From positions 63,275,482 to 63,311,191 of the forward strand of contig NC_068984.1 in the NCBI RefSeq assembly GCF_001194135.2: a stretch of 35,710 nt of DNA, given 5' to 3'. Below, in pieces: positions 24,082 to 35,710 of the stretch. The position numbers and the translations under genes are program-made. Positions within the stretch are counted from its first letter, which is position 1. Each line of letters begins with the position of its first letter. A model generated the notes under the pieces. It was given only the letters and a program-made list of their open reading frames with translations, did no database searches and was not told the DNA's origin. The stretch is from Octopus bimaculoides (Eukaryota).

Positions 24082-24489
24082 CTGCAGACAGAAACACTAA
24101 TACAACCCAGCAGGACAACTGAAAAATAACTCACAAACACTGGAACCTCTACAATTTCCTGGGAGTATTTTAAATTTCTCTCAAAACAAGTTAAGAAACT
24201 TACATGTCTACAGTTTTCGAACATACAAACGATCAGCTTTAAAAAACTTTGATATCTACAACTTCTGTGAATACCTATCCTTTCCTTTCTCACTCAGTAT
24301 TCAAAAATGTAAACATCCTTTTTATTCTAAGAATACTACAGTTTTCTCTGTGCGAACATACAAAATACCATATTTAGTAAATCTTAACCAAAATAGTTCC
24401 AGAAGTGTGGTAGGGACATCGGTATGGAATTTAGGATTACAAAATTCTCAGTACTTAATACGAAAAGAGGGAAGAAAGCAGCCTGCTGA

Positions 24490-25845
24490 GGATTGCGGTT
24501 ACTGCCAGTAGAAACCATGGGTGAATCCGACGGTAGTGGGTATAAATATTTAGGGATTTTGGAGCTGCATGACATCCTACACAGAGAAATAACAGTTAAG
24601 GTCAGCGAGGCAGATCAAAAAAGGGTGAAGATGGTGTTGAAATCCAATCTAAATGCCAAAAATTTGATTACCGCAATTAATATCTGGGCAGTTGCAGTGG
24701 TCATATATAGTGCGTCCACTCTTAAAAGGACAAAGGAGGAAATATCAACACCGGATAGAAGTACGAGCAAGTTGATGACGCTGTACGGGGCGCTACACCC
24801 TAAAGCAAACTTAAACATACTGTATATGAAAAGTAAGAATGGTGGTAGAGGACTAATTAGTATAGACCATTGTATAAGGAGTGAAAGGGGAGCACTTGCT
24901 GAGTATTTCATAAATAGTGATGAAGACCTGCTACAATATGCCGCAAAAAAATTGGGTGTAAATGCAAATGAAATGATGGGCACGGCAGAGTTTAACGGAG
25001 GAGCTGAGGGGACGAGAAATGAAGACCTTCTTGAAATGAGAATGCATGGACAGATTGAAAGGAATACACAAGACGTTAAAGATAATACAGCATCGTGTGC
25101 ATGGCTTGAGCGAGGTAATTTCAAGCGTAACACCGAAAGCCTTATCATTGCTGCACAAGGCCAGGCTCTCGCTACCAATTTAGTGAAGCATAACATCAAT
25201 AAAACTTCTGACATCCAGAAATGAAGACTCTGTGGAAGGAGAGTGAAAAATGTAACCCACTTGATAAGTGGATTATGAGAGCCTTGCACAAAGAGACTAC
25301 AAGCGCCGCCACGATAAAGTGTGTGTGTATTTTCATTGGCTCTTATGCCGTAAATATCAATACGAAGTAACAGAAAACTGTTGTGAGCATGTACCAAGTA
25401 AAGTTATACAGGAGGATGGAAGAGTAACAATACTCTGGGAATATGATTTCAGACGGATCGTGTAGTCGAACGCCGTCGGCCGGATATTGTCATATTGAAT
25501 AAGAGAGACATGTCAGATCATTGATGTAGCCGTACCCAATGACATGAATGTTGTGAGTAAAGAGATTGAAAAAATCGCCAAGTACACCGAATTGAACGTG
25601 GAAATGGCAAGACTCTATGTAATGCGAGAGGGTAATGTAAAAGCGATTCCACTGGTGATCGGAGCGTTAAGATCAATCCTATTGAAACTCCAAAACTTAT
25701 TTAGGCAACTGGAAATCCCATGCAAGATTGATGTCTTGCAAAAAGTAGCCTCATTGCGCACAGTACATATCTTTAGGAAAGTATTATCTTTCTGATGTCC
25801 TTGTTGCGACCTGACAGATGACTAAAGTTTCCGGTGCATTTTTAC
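24490..25845 (+). mobile_element. R4/Dong-clade non-LTR retrotransposon, 5'-truncated (RT thumb, Zn knuckle, RLE)
   Basis: YKYLGI..AINIWAV..LHPKA..LY..KNGGRGL..HGQ..ESLIIAAQGQAL, then decayed RLCG..THLISG, KRRHDKV, TILWEYDF, RPDIV, IIDVAVPND and IPLVIGAL..RKVLSF*. Confidence 0.9.
24493..25224 (+). pseudogene. Open segment of the R4/Dong-like ORF (RT C-terminal region)
   Basis: 243 aa ORF with the motifs above; it continues downstream through a stop and frameshifts. Confidence 0.8.
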
Positions 25846-26385
25846 ACTGTGTTACGAACACATTCCCGAAGGCATCATCGAAAATGAAAATGCAAACATC
25901 CTGTGGGATTTTATGATTTAGTGCGACTATGAACTAGAGAATAGGAAGCCAGACGTAGTCTTAATTGAGAAATAAATGAAAACTATGCTGGATCATAGAT
26001 ATAGCATGCCTAGCTGATAACAAGCTATGCGATAAGGAAGAAAGAAAAGTCGAGAGATATGGCAGGTTAGCTTGGGAAGTTAAGCGGTTGAGGTCGATGA
26101 AAAAGGTAGTAGTATTACCAATAATTGTCGGAGGCCTGAGAACAGTAAGCAAAAATCTCGAGAAGTACATGGGACAAATAGTGGCTGCAATCAAGGTGGA
26201 GCACTTGCAGAAAACAGCACTGCTTGGAACCACTCGAATACTCCGGAAGGTGCTCGAAAAATAAGAGGTGTTACCTTAGTTCACTGGTAGTGAACAGCTG
26301 ACACTGTAGTACATCTTCAGTGGCAGAAGCTGTGCAAAGGCTATAATGATGATGATAATAATAATAATAACAATAATAATAATAC
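25846..26385 (+). mobile_element. Second R4/Dong-clade fragment (RLE domain, 3' UTR, (TAA)n tail)
   Basis: YEHIPEGIIENENANILWDF..RKPDVVLI..WIIDIAC..LPIIVGGL..LQKTALLGTTRILRKVLEK*, followed by (ATA)n at ~26357-26383. Confidence 0.85.
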
Positions 26386-27120
26386 TTCTGCCACCAACGA
26401 GCGTTTTAAGAAAGATGCGTGTGAGGTACATGCTAGGCAGGGTGAAAGTAAACAACCTGTAGTTTATGGATGACCTATTCGCTATTCACTAACACTGAGA
26501 CAGAAATCGAGAGTTTGAGGGCAGCTGTGCAGGTGTTTACAAAGATACTAGCATGGAATTTGGTATTGAGAAATGTGATGTAATGGTTCTCAAAAGGGGG
26601 AAATCAGTAAAATCCGTGGGAATCAAGCTGGAAAATGGTGAAACTATAAGGGAAATCGAAGAGGAAAGATATAAGTGCATGGTTATCATTGGAAGTGACA
26701 AGTTGAATAAGCACAAGATCAAAGAAATGTACAGGTAAGAGTTTTTGAGAGCTCCGTTTGTGCTCCAGTCGAAGCTAAGTGGTTTCTATAAGATTTGAGC
26801 AATTAACACGTGGGGTGTTTCTATGATGAGATATGGGGCAGGAATAGCATCTTGGAAGAAGTATGAATTACAAGAGAAAGACCAGAGAACACGTAAATTA
26901 ATGACAATGAACAAGAAACTACACCCCAAGAGTGATATGTCAAAATGTTATGTAAAGAGGAGGGAAAGAAGACGGGGAGTAGTGCGTTGCGAAGGTTGTG
27001 TAGGGGAAAATGAGGATAGCCAAGCATGGTATGCCAAGGAGAGTAAAGAAGAAATAATTGAAGCAGTGAAAGTGCAGGGAAACTTAGAAGTTTCTATGCA
27101 GGGAAACTTAAAAGCTTCTA
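26386..27120 (+). mobile_element. Third R4/Dong-clade fragment (RT core C-terminal part), truncated at both ends
   Basis: NNL*FMDDL, MEFGIEKC, AINTWGVSMMRYGAG and RKLMTMNKKLHPKSD motifs. Confidence 0.85.
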
Positions 27121-29140
27121 TCAGCTAGGCCCACTCAATCCAAGCGTGTGTCCAAGATGGCGTTCCGATCCCCCCATTAGCAATAAATGTTGAGACGCCT
27201 CTAAGGAGACCTCCAGACACCTGAAGAAATCTGGTTGTCTTGCTCCTATCGGAACATAAACAGCCACCAGTCTGAATGCGGCCCCGTCGCATCTGCTTAT
27301 ATCGAGGACCACAAATTTACTTTCTGAGTCCCTGAAAATGGTCTTTGTCTTGAGATCTAGAATTCTGGCGAACAACACTGCAGTTCCACCCCTCTCACGT
27401 TCTCGGTTGGCTAGGAGATAAGTAAATCTCATATCCACCGACATTTGGTCGGTTGGAGAGTCTGGTTTAACTGATAGTCGCTAAATCTAAACTTCCTGAC
27501 CTCAGGTCATTGAGTAGATAACCCTGTTTCCAACGCATCCTCAGGCCACGCATATTTATCCTGCCTATTCTGAGGAATGCCAAGGCCATGTTTGTGAAAG
27601 ATAAGGAGAATGAAGAGAATCACTTTTTGTATTTCTGTGAAGAGACAGATGTTTTGTCCTAGTTATTTGTGGGTGTCTCCGTAAACATTTCTTTGTAGAG
27701 CATTTTATTTATGGCCCCGCGGAAATTTCTTATTTCTTTAGGATATTTTGCTTTCAGTTTTTAGATGAATACCTCTGTTACGCGGGGGTGTGATGTATTT
27801 ATTTAGAGTAATATTTGTGTATTTTTGAATATGTTTCTCAAGTTTTTTTGTTCGTGTCAATGGCTGTGTAATTAGAGAAGCCTCGAGATTGATGTTCATG
27901 TTGTTGATCTGGACTGTTGTGTGATTTTGTTTGTTGAGGTGTTTGTAATGGTGGCTTTTGTAGTGTTGATGTTTGCAATTGCTTTGATTTCGGGTATGTG
28001 AGTGTGTAACGCTTTATTGGTTTCTGTGCCTCCTCCTCTAATCTTTTTGGTTTAGTCATGTATCACGCTTTTCATTTTGTAATTGTTTTTCTTTTTCCTC
28101 TTTCCAGAATCCATTCTGGTGGGTTTCAAAGACTATTTCTCTCGTTCGATGAGTGCTCACAGAAAAATCTGTTGCAACGAGGAGGATTATATCTTCACAA
28201 TCAAACATTTCTAAGCTGGTGGTCTGGTGTGGCTGTGACTTCTCTCAGTTGCAATGGTGTAAGTATTGTTATAGCTTTTCTCGGTTGAGGTTCCGGTGTT
28301 TGCTGCTGCTGCTGATGATGCTAAATGTATTTCTCTTACATACTGTTCTTTTGGTTTTGAATGCTGCTGCCCTTGGTACAGATGCTGTTGGTGTTGTTCC
28401 TGTTCCAGTTCCTGTTGTTTTGTTGCTGCTCTGTTGTGTCTGAGATATCTGCGACAGCGGTTTTATTTTTCTTTGCTTGGCATGGGGTTAGTGGGTTGTT
28501 ACGTCACAAATGTGACATTTCGGCTTTCTGCGCTCTATCGCAATAAATAACTGTTTTCCATTAGGCAGGTTGATCAGTTCAGGGTGGTTTCGCTACTACT
28601 CAGATCGCCGTGTAACCACAAGCTCAGGCCCATGCCTGACCAATCCTTCTTTGCCATTTTGTGGACTTGCAAAATTTTTTTCGTCTCTATGTCGTATAAT
28701 ATGGCTGCTACCAGCAATGTGATGTGCGTTTCTGTTGGCACATCCGCTACCTTTATTTTGACAACCCTCCAACCGAAGTATGTCGGAATTAGGTACATTT
28801 CCTCACTTTTTGAGTGTTGTTATGACATTTTCTTTAGTTGAGAATATTATTTCAGCTGTGCGAAAGCGTCTCGTACGAGTGACGTAAGCTTTTAAAACCT
28901 AGACCTGAATTTTTCGATCTGAGCCTGCGTCGCTCCAGGCTCCTGGTCTTTAAAGATATACATTTATATATAACGGTTTTTCTTTAATGTCTTCTTGCAC
29001 TTTCACCGGTGTGTTAAGGAAGAATCTCCTGCCATTCTTTGTTAAGTATAGCTTAGCAGCGTGGCTCAAAATCTTTTGGCAACTCGAATTTTCCCATTTT
29101 CCAAAAATATATCTTGCTCCTCGCTTCTGCTACTGATGTC
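27121..29140 (-). mobile_element. Tx1/L1-clade LINE 5' portion (ORF1 plus N-terminal APE); RT absent
   Basis: Minus strand ORF1 remnant TPVKVQ..LIPTYFGWRVVKIKVADVP..LVAAILY..KPKCHIC. ORF2 starts at 27589 with MALAFLRIGRINMRGL..TRL, GGTAVLF, FRLVAVYVP and a frameshifted GDxNAILD. The upstream boundary is approximate. Confidence 0.8.
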
Positions 29141-29440
29141 TCTGTTGATGTAGTGACAAAATATTGGGACATAGTTAAGTAACACTCATTAAAATTTATT
29201 TTATTTGCCACACATAAATTATGTATCACAAATGCGTACAGTATTGAACATTCTCACAACACGTGTAAATTCTATGATCGGAGTACGGTTCATATCAATA
29301 CTAGACTGCTTCCACTCTCTTGAAATACTAGAGATAGAAAATAATTCCAATAATATATTATTTAGCGCAAGAATAATAAACTCGAAATGCAAACTTTGAA
29401 CTCATTGCAAAAACATGAAAAATTACGCTTACAACCTCAC

Positions 29441-29468
29441 CAACATCAAAAATGAACAAATTGATTCC
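29441..29468 (-). CDS. Candidate micro-exon
   Basis: Acceptor tatcatttttgcag, donor gtgagg, GINLFIFDV (phase 0 to 1). Only 28 bp, so weak evidence. Confidence 0.15.
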
Positions 29469-29971
29469 CTGCAAAAATGATATCGTTTATAAATTGTTTC
29501 TGTAGTGATTCTGAGAATTCAGAATCTCAAGTTGATATTTTCGCGAGTGCTTATGAATATTTACTTGACCTGCAGTCATGGCTCATTCCATTGCTGTTGT
29601 TTGTGCTTGCTTTCCTTTCTGTTAGAGCGGTGGAATATTTCTCATAAACAAATCGTTGTATGGTTAGTCTGTGTCATTTGTTATGCCATCACATCGGATT
29701 CTAACGATTGGACAACCGACAGTATCTGAATCCCCTTCTTCATCTCCAAAAACTTGTATTTTTCTGCGATATGGAAGCTGATCCTTTTTAACGTTGCTGT
29801 CTGCTCTCTTTAATGGAATTGTAGTTGCTATTGCAGATTTTACAGTTACCAATCAACGAGGTTTTAATCACTATTGATTATAATAACTTCTAACTTTGAC
29901 GCAATAATTTACGTTTCAATTATATCAACAAATTATAGCGCATTAGGTGATAACATAGAACGCAAATATTG

Positions 29972-30085
29972 ATTTCTAGCGTTGAGTCAAGGCCATAATT
30001 TTACGGGAGAGGGAGGAATTGATTACATCATGCCCCGTAAGGATGAAAGGCAAACGCAACCTCGGTGCGATTTAAACTCAAAATT
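29972..30085 (-). mobile_element. OK-type SINE fragment, internally deleted and old
   Basis: AAGGCC..AATTTT..GATTACATC..CCCCGTAAGGATGAAAGGCAAACGCAACCTCGGTGCGATTTAAACTCA parallels 1978-2142. Confidence 0.7.
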
Positions 30086-30753
30086 AAAGAGCCGTAACTA
30101 CATACCACATTCTCTTCGACGCTCTCACTATTCTGTCCGCACACAAAGTATTACAATGTATTAAAGTTGTAATCTACCATTTGTACTAAACATTGATATA
30201 TAAGCAACGTCTTAAATAATCGGTAATACAGGCATTAGAAAGCTTGAAATGTTTTATGTGGAATATACACGATTAAATCCAACCACCACACTGATTGGTA
30301 TGAAAGGAGTTGCGGCCACAGGGATGAAATGCGAAGTTAAGTTCTTTAGGATACGGACTTGAAGTGTGAAGGGATGTAGCTTTATTGTGCGAGAGATTTA
30401 ATCCGAAACTATTCCAGGTATGTGAGACCTATTACACTGAATATAAATAAAATACTCGTTATTACAGGAGCGGTATAGTAATTCGTTTCAATCATGATTT
30501 AATGATTTATGTCTCGTAGCATATTATTTTCCACATATGAACGGAAAACAAAATCAATCTGATGAAATTTCACCTCAGACATGAAGGAAACTAAATTGAC
30601 TACTGATACGACATGTAATCAAGCATTCCGCTGCTTCTGCAACCGTCCAGTACTGGCATTAATTGTAACAATACTCGCTTATGGGACATAAGAATCCATG
30701 TATAATAAAATACAAGTACATTATACAAAATATATTAAAAAACGCTTATAGAA

Positions 30754-30765
30754 ATCTATCTATCC

Positions 30766-30831
<66 letters not shown>

Positions 30832-30852
30832 ATATATATATATCTATATATA
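30754..30852. repeat. (TATC)n/(TA)n microsatellite followed by the N gap at 30853-31215
   Basis: Direct reading. Confidence 0.95.
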
Positions 30853-31215
30853 NNNNNNNNNNNNNNNNNNNNNNNNNNNNNNNNNNNNNNNNNNNNNNNN
30901 NNNNNNNNNNNNNNNNNNNNNNNNNNNNNNNNNNNNNNNNNNNNNNNNNNNNNNNNNNNNNNNNNNNNNNNNNNNNNNNNNNNNNNNNNNNNNNNNNNNN
31001 NNNNNNNNNNNNNNNNNNNNNNNNNNNNNNNNNNNNNNNNNNNNNNNNNNNNNNNNNNNNNNNNNNNNNNNNNNNNNNNNNNNNNNNNNNNNNNNNNNNN
31101 NNNNNNNNNNNNNNNNNNNNNNNNNNNNNNNNNNNNNNNNNNNNNNNNNNNNNNNNNNNNNNNNNNNNNNNNNNNNNNNNNNNNNNNNNNNNNNNNNNNN
31201 NNNNNNNNNNNNNNN

Positions 31216-31350
31216 AAATCCTGCTTTTGACAGAAGAACGCGATCACACACAATACACATCCTATACTCTCCATTGTTTACAATTTTTCCCGCTTAAGCT
31301 CAAGTTGCTGAAACATCTTTTCCTCCCAGACATCACAGCTCGTCCTGACA
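31216..31350 (-). mobile_element. RTE-clade LINE 3' remnant (C-terminal helix and CxxC zinc finger)
   Basis: Minus frames GRKAVVRTSCDVWEEKMFQQLELKREKL* and EYRMCIVCDRVLLSKAG resemble RTE ORF2 C-termini; the element runs into the gap. Confidence 0.5.
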
Positions 31351-31829
31351 ACAGCTTTCCTCCCAATCACTTTCATACATATCTAGTTTTTTTTAGTTTT
31401 TTTAGGGTTTTTTTAGGTTTTGTTTAATGCAATCTTTATACCTCTTTCTCGTATATATATATACGCACATATGTGCATATATATGCATATACATATATAT
31501 CATAAAGGGGACAAGGCTAAAATTAATACAGTACATTAAAGCAGTAAAAAAATATAAAATACATATATACATCCGAAAAATTACAGTTCTCTTACATAGA
31601 TGTTGAACCATATCATCTAGTGAGGATATTAACATATCATGACCCTAACCACATTTTGCTGCGATAACTTTTTAGAGACTAGGTGTTCTGAAAATGCTTC
31701 TGATCAACTTCGATGTCGCGCGAGTCTTCCATTTCAAAAATCACGTTACTCATTAGATCACATAAACAGGGCAAATTTTGCTCGTTCTCCCTAGATTGAA
31801 AAATGCGTGTTTGCTTTTTATTTACATTT

Positions 31830-32005
31830 GTCCCTCAAACCTGTGCTTGCTGGTTTATGCCCTCGTAACATAGCAGTTAGGCCAACGATATCCACAGAAT
31901 CAGTAAAAGGCTTTTGAAACTAAGTATCGGGGCCCATTTGTTTGACTTAACCTTTGAAAGACGTTCCCTAGCATGACCGCAGTCCAATAGTTGAAACAAA
32001 GGCTA
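31830..32005 (+). mobile_element. Octopus OR-type SINE 3' fragment
   Basis: TTGTCCCTC..GCTGGTTTATGCCCTCGTAACATAGCAGTT..AAGTATCGGGGCCCATTTGTTTGACTTAA..CCTAGCATGACCGCAGTCCAATAGTTGAAACAA matches the recalled consensus and 7709-7852. Confidence 0.6.
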
Positions 32006-32708
32006 TAAAAAATTTACGTTTCCATCGAACAAGACGTTTTTCTCTTTAGTAGTACACACCAACCGACCGATGTTAATTGTTTCTATTTGATTTGAAACGC
32101 TAGAAAAGATGAGCTGAATATGTTGCTGTCTATGTCCCTGCCGTTGTTGTAAAATTTTAAAATCTCGATCGTTAAACGCTAACTGATTTTACAAATAATC
32201 AAAATGTTAATTGGCTTTCTTTTTCTGTGATGACTTTTCTTTTATAAACTGGTTTCAGCTTTCAAATATATTGATGGCTATAATTGCTGCTAGTTCTGTT
32301 GAGGATAACATTTTATTCCGTTACCATAGAGTAAATTATATTGCACATATTTACGGTAAATACTGAGATACCTAAAAAGCAGTCTTCTTTTCGAAACCAT
32401 GGTAGTCTTCTAAATGATTCGGAGCTTTGTATTGTCAAAAAGGGCAGTAAAACAAAATAGATTTAATTGGCAATTCAGAAATATTTCCGCAGGGCACTGA
32501 AAAACTTGACTGTTTGCAATGAAGAGTTGACACAATCGTTGGAGCGTCGGACCGCAATATTGCTTCAGACTCATCATGTTCGGATATAGATTTTACCTTT
32601 CATTTATTCGGCTCCGATGAAGTAAGGGCCAGTTAAATACTGGACTCAAGGTAATCAACATACAAGCTCCCACTACAATTGTTGGTGTTATGCCAAAGTT
32701 TAAAATTC

Positions 32709-32741
32709 TTATTATTATTGTTGTTGTCCTTGTTGTTGTTA

Positions 32742-32826
<85 letters not shown>
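32709..32826. repeat. (TTA/TTG)n microsatellite
   Basis: Direct reading. Confidence 0.95.
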
Positions 32827-32832
32827 CCTTAA

Positions 32833-32975
32833 AGCAGCAAGCAGGCAGAATCACTAAGACACTAGACAAAATGCTTAGCGATATTTTGTCCGCCTTTGCG
32901 ATCTTAGTTCAGATCCCTCCGAGGTCAACGTTGCCTTTCATATCTTCATATGAAAGGACCAGTGAAGTACTGGGT
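32833..32975 (+). mobile_element. OK-type SINE, diverged
   Basis: GCAGCAAGCAGGCAGAATC..CAAAATGCTTAGCGATATTTTGTC..CCGAGGTCAACGTTGCCTTTCAT..ACCAGTGAAGTACTGGG. Confidence 0.75.
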
Positions 32976-33724
32976 TACTTATAATAATAGCAATAAGAAC
33001 AATTTCTTTTATCCTTTGTTTAGCTTATAAAAAGAATATTTTATCGATTGATTATTTAGTTTCAGAAGAACAAAGAGAAATTAGATGAAAAGTAATTGTT
33101 TCCAGATATTGAGTTTCTAAAGTAAAACACCAATTTACTTCCCTATATGCCAACACAGAGAAAAGTTTAAGAAATTAGGAAATGCAATGAAAGAGTAAGA
33201 ATTATCCTAGAGGTAATTCAAAAGAGTTAAAACAATTACCAGTCATTGGATATTGTGCTTCAATTAGTGCTCTGTACATCCTTAGGCCATAGCAAAGATA
33301 GAAATTTCTCTGGTCGCGTAATTGCTATTTTGAATCAAGTTGGCTACGCTAAAAGCCATCAGAGACGGCATTAAATTCTCGCATTTGATGAAGCCAAACA
33401 TTTTATATTCTTTGCTAAATTGGCTTTGCACAGTGAAAATATACAGCCTAATCTCAAATAATTGCTAAACCATTTAACTTAGAATTATTACAGAAGTAAG
33501 TCATCTTTGGTACTGAAACAAACTTTCTGTAACTTCTAGCGGCAATATAATGCGCGGTTTTTCTATTACTGCGTTGGAACATGCAGCCATATATAGAATT
33601 ATACAAACGTACACACACACTCACACACATATATACTTACTTGAAGATGGATGCATGGCGTTCAATTAAATATAAATAATATATGTGTGTATGTATGTAT
33701 GTATGTATATATGTATATACATAC

Positions 33725-34395
33725 ATATGTGGGTACAGGACGTAACCAACAGTGCAAATGAAATGAAATACGTAAACAACGAGGCAAAATGGAAGACAAG
33801 TAAACAGAGAAAGAAACCTTCAGCAGCTGTCGGCTGTCTACTCATCTCGAGCATTCAACGACAATATGAGTCTTCAAAGACAGTTTCTCCCATAAATTGT
33901 AACATAAAATTTAGGATTTATGGAGCGTTAAAGTTGGGAACAAAACCATGACAGTGGAGATATACAAGGAAACCGTACGAAAACAAACATGAACAATTGT
34001 TAGACCAGAGAAAGAGGAAAACAGTGAAAGCTGGGAGAAGCATATTGTTTGAAAAGAAGAAAGATAGAAGAGAGAGAGAAACGAGTCTCCATGTTTGTTT
34101 TCGTTCGGTGTCTTTGTATGTGTCACCTGTCATGTTTTTGTTCCTAAAGTTTCACCCTCCATAAATCCTAAATTGTATTTTAGAATTTATGGGGGCAACT
34201 GTCTTTGAAGACTCATATTGTCATTGAATGCACGAAATGACGAGTAGATAGACAGTGGACAACTGATGAAGGTTCCTTTCTCTGGGTTTACCTGTCCTGT
34301 TTTCCATTGTTCTTCTCGTTGTTTATATATTTAACTCGTTCGTTTACGTACTTCATATTAATTGGACCGTTGGTGATGTCCTGTACCCATATATG
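33725..34395. repeat. Long inverted repeat (arms 33725-33991 and 34090-34395)
   Basis: Arms align by eye over ~270-300 bp, e.g. GGGTACAGGAC and GACAATATGAGTCTTCAAAGACAGTT..CCCATAAATT..ATTTAGGATTTATGGAG. Confidence 0.9.
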
Positions 34396-34789
34396 CATGT
34401 ATATATATATATATACATACAGACACACATACACACACACACACACACGCACACACACGCACACGCGCACACACACATACATATATATATATATACTTAT
34501 ATACGATTTATTATTTAATTGAACCCCACAAATCAATTTCCAAGTAGGTTTATCTTCACCTTCTCGATGCGACACTCTTCTCTATACGGTTTTCTTTCTC
34601 CATCCTCCTCTAATTCCCTTTTCTCCCCGATTCCTTCACCGTTTTCGAACTGGCTCTCTCTCTCTCTCCCTCTCTTTCTCTTTTATTTCCTCTCTTTCGT
34701 TACCTACACGTGATCATCGTCCATCTGTCTTTTCCTCACATGACCATCTTTTTTTTCTTCCACGGACGTTCAAAAGAACGGACGTGTTT

Positions 34790-35040
34790 TTTTCCTCTCT
34801 CTCTTCTAACATTTCGCTTTTCGAAAAATATCTTTCTCCGAGCGTTTACTATTTTCCTGTCGTTCTGGCCTAACGACCTTCCATGTTTTTTCGTTCGGTT
34901 TCCTTGTATGACGACACTATCGTGTTTTTGCTCCCAACTTTAAGCCGACATAAATCCTAAATAATTTTATTTTAGAATTTATTGGAGCAAATGTCTTTTA
35001 AGACTCATATTGTCGTTGAATGCTCGAAATGAGGAGTAGT
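34790..35040 (-). repeat. Third copy of the same repeat unit
   Basis: Inverted relative to 33850-34085 (including the spacer) and direct relative to 34090-34245. Confidence 0.85.
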
Positions 35041-35165
35041 ACCTGCTTATAAAGCATTTAAAGGTACGGGTAATCCTATCAACGCATGACAACCTAAGAT
35101 CTAATTTATTATTAATTAGGATTTTTTTATCTCTATATTTCAATATTTCATATATCTCCATACAA
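35041..35165 (-). mobile_element. Possible Penelope-like ORF C-terminus (post-GIY-YIG)
   Basis: CMEIYEILKYRDKKILINNKLDLRLSC resembles the LCxxEKxxI..LLNxRxExxSxC ending of invertebrate PLE ORFs (from memory) and reads into the repeat unit. Confidence 0.4.
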
Positions 35166-35667
35166 TGGAATTAAATAATTAAATACATAAACAAAGTATA
35201 AAAAATTAAACTAAATTAAATTAATACAAAAAAAAAGAAGAAATGAAAAAATAAGTAGATAAAAGCAATAAATAGAATAAAATAAAATGAATGTGAGTAA
35301 ACAGGGAATACTGATAACGCAGGTAACATACACATTCCCGCACAGACACACTTACTAACGTAGACGCACAGGGATATACGCATACGCAAATAAAGATACA
35401 TACAACAGGAATACAAAATGGCAGATCGTTAGGAAAGAGAGACAAAGGAGAGAGAAGGGAGTAAAGGACCACTGATGAGGTCACAGAAGGGTAACGAAAG
35501 AACTGTAGCCGTAATACAATTAATATGAAATTAAGCTGAAGCAAAAGAATACTAAATATATAGTGCGTGTGTTTTCATTGGCTAAATTGGCAACATGATC
35601 ATCCCCAAACACAATATCTGTTTCAACACACGAGTTGACTTCAAGTATCTTGCAAAAAAGACAAACG

Positions 35668-35690
35668 TATATATATATATATATATATAT
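35668..35690. repeat. (TA)n microsatellite
   Basis: Direct reading. Confidence 0.95.
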
Positions 35691-35710
35691 TTGAAAAGAT
35701 TTGTAAAAGT

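Noticed and set aside
24615-25397. 260 aa minus-strand ORF
   Set aside because: Antisense shadow of the R4/Dong ORF with no independent motifs.
28058-28550. Cys/Leu-rich plus-strand ORFs
   Set aside because: Antisense to the low-complexity CAA/CAG-rich part of the Tx1-like ORF1.
28900-28950. GAGCCTG-N8-CAGGCTC hairpin with outer AGACC/GGTCT pairing, considered as a 5' ribozyme
   Set aside because: ORF1 homology continues past it to about 29050, so it is internal coding sequence, and it fits neither an HDV nor a hammerhead core.
29664-29852. Protein-like 62 aa minus-strand ORF (IPLKRADSNVKKDQLPYRR...)
   Set aside because: It ends in a stop with no usable donor and has no recognisable homology, so it was left out of the exon chain.

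Overview
AT-rich eukaryotic genomic DNA full of repeats and microsatellites, with five N gaps. The SINE sequences match my recollection of the octopus OK-type and OR-type (CORE) SINE families, so this is probably an Octopus draft assembly (inference). Well supported: two decayed mariner DNA transposons, a MITE-like inverted-repeat element, two related Tx1/L1-clade LINE 5' fragments (ORF1 plus APE endonuclease, no RT), a Penelope RT/GIY-YIG fragment, three stacked R4/Dong-clade (RLE-type) LINE fragments, an RTE 3' remnant, about ten SINE fragments, and a ~670 bp inverted repeat linked to a second Penelope-like remnant. No host gene could be named. A phase-compatible chain of small minus-strand exons and a competing plus-strand set are reported at low confidence. 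I found no rRNA, tRNA gene, CRISPR array or clearly new biological system.
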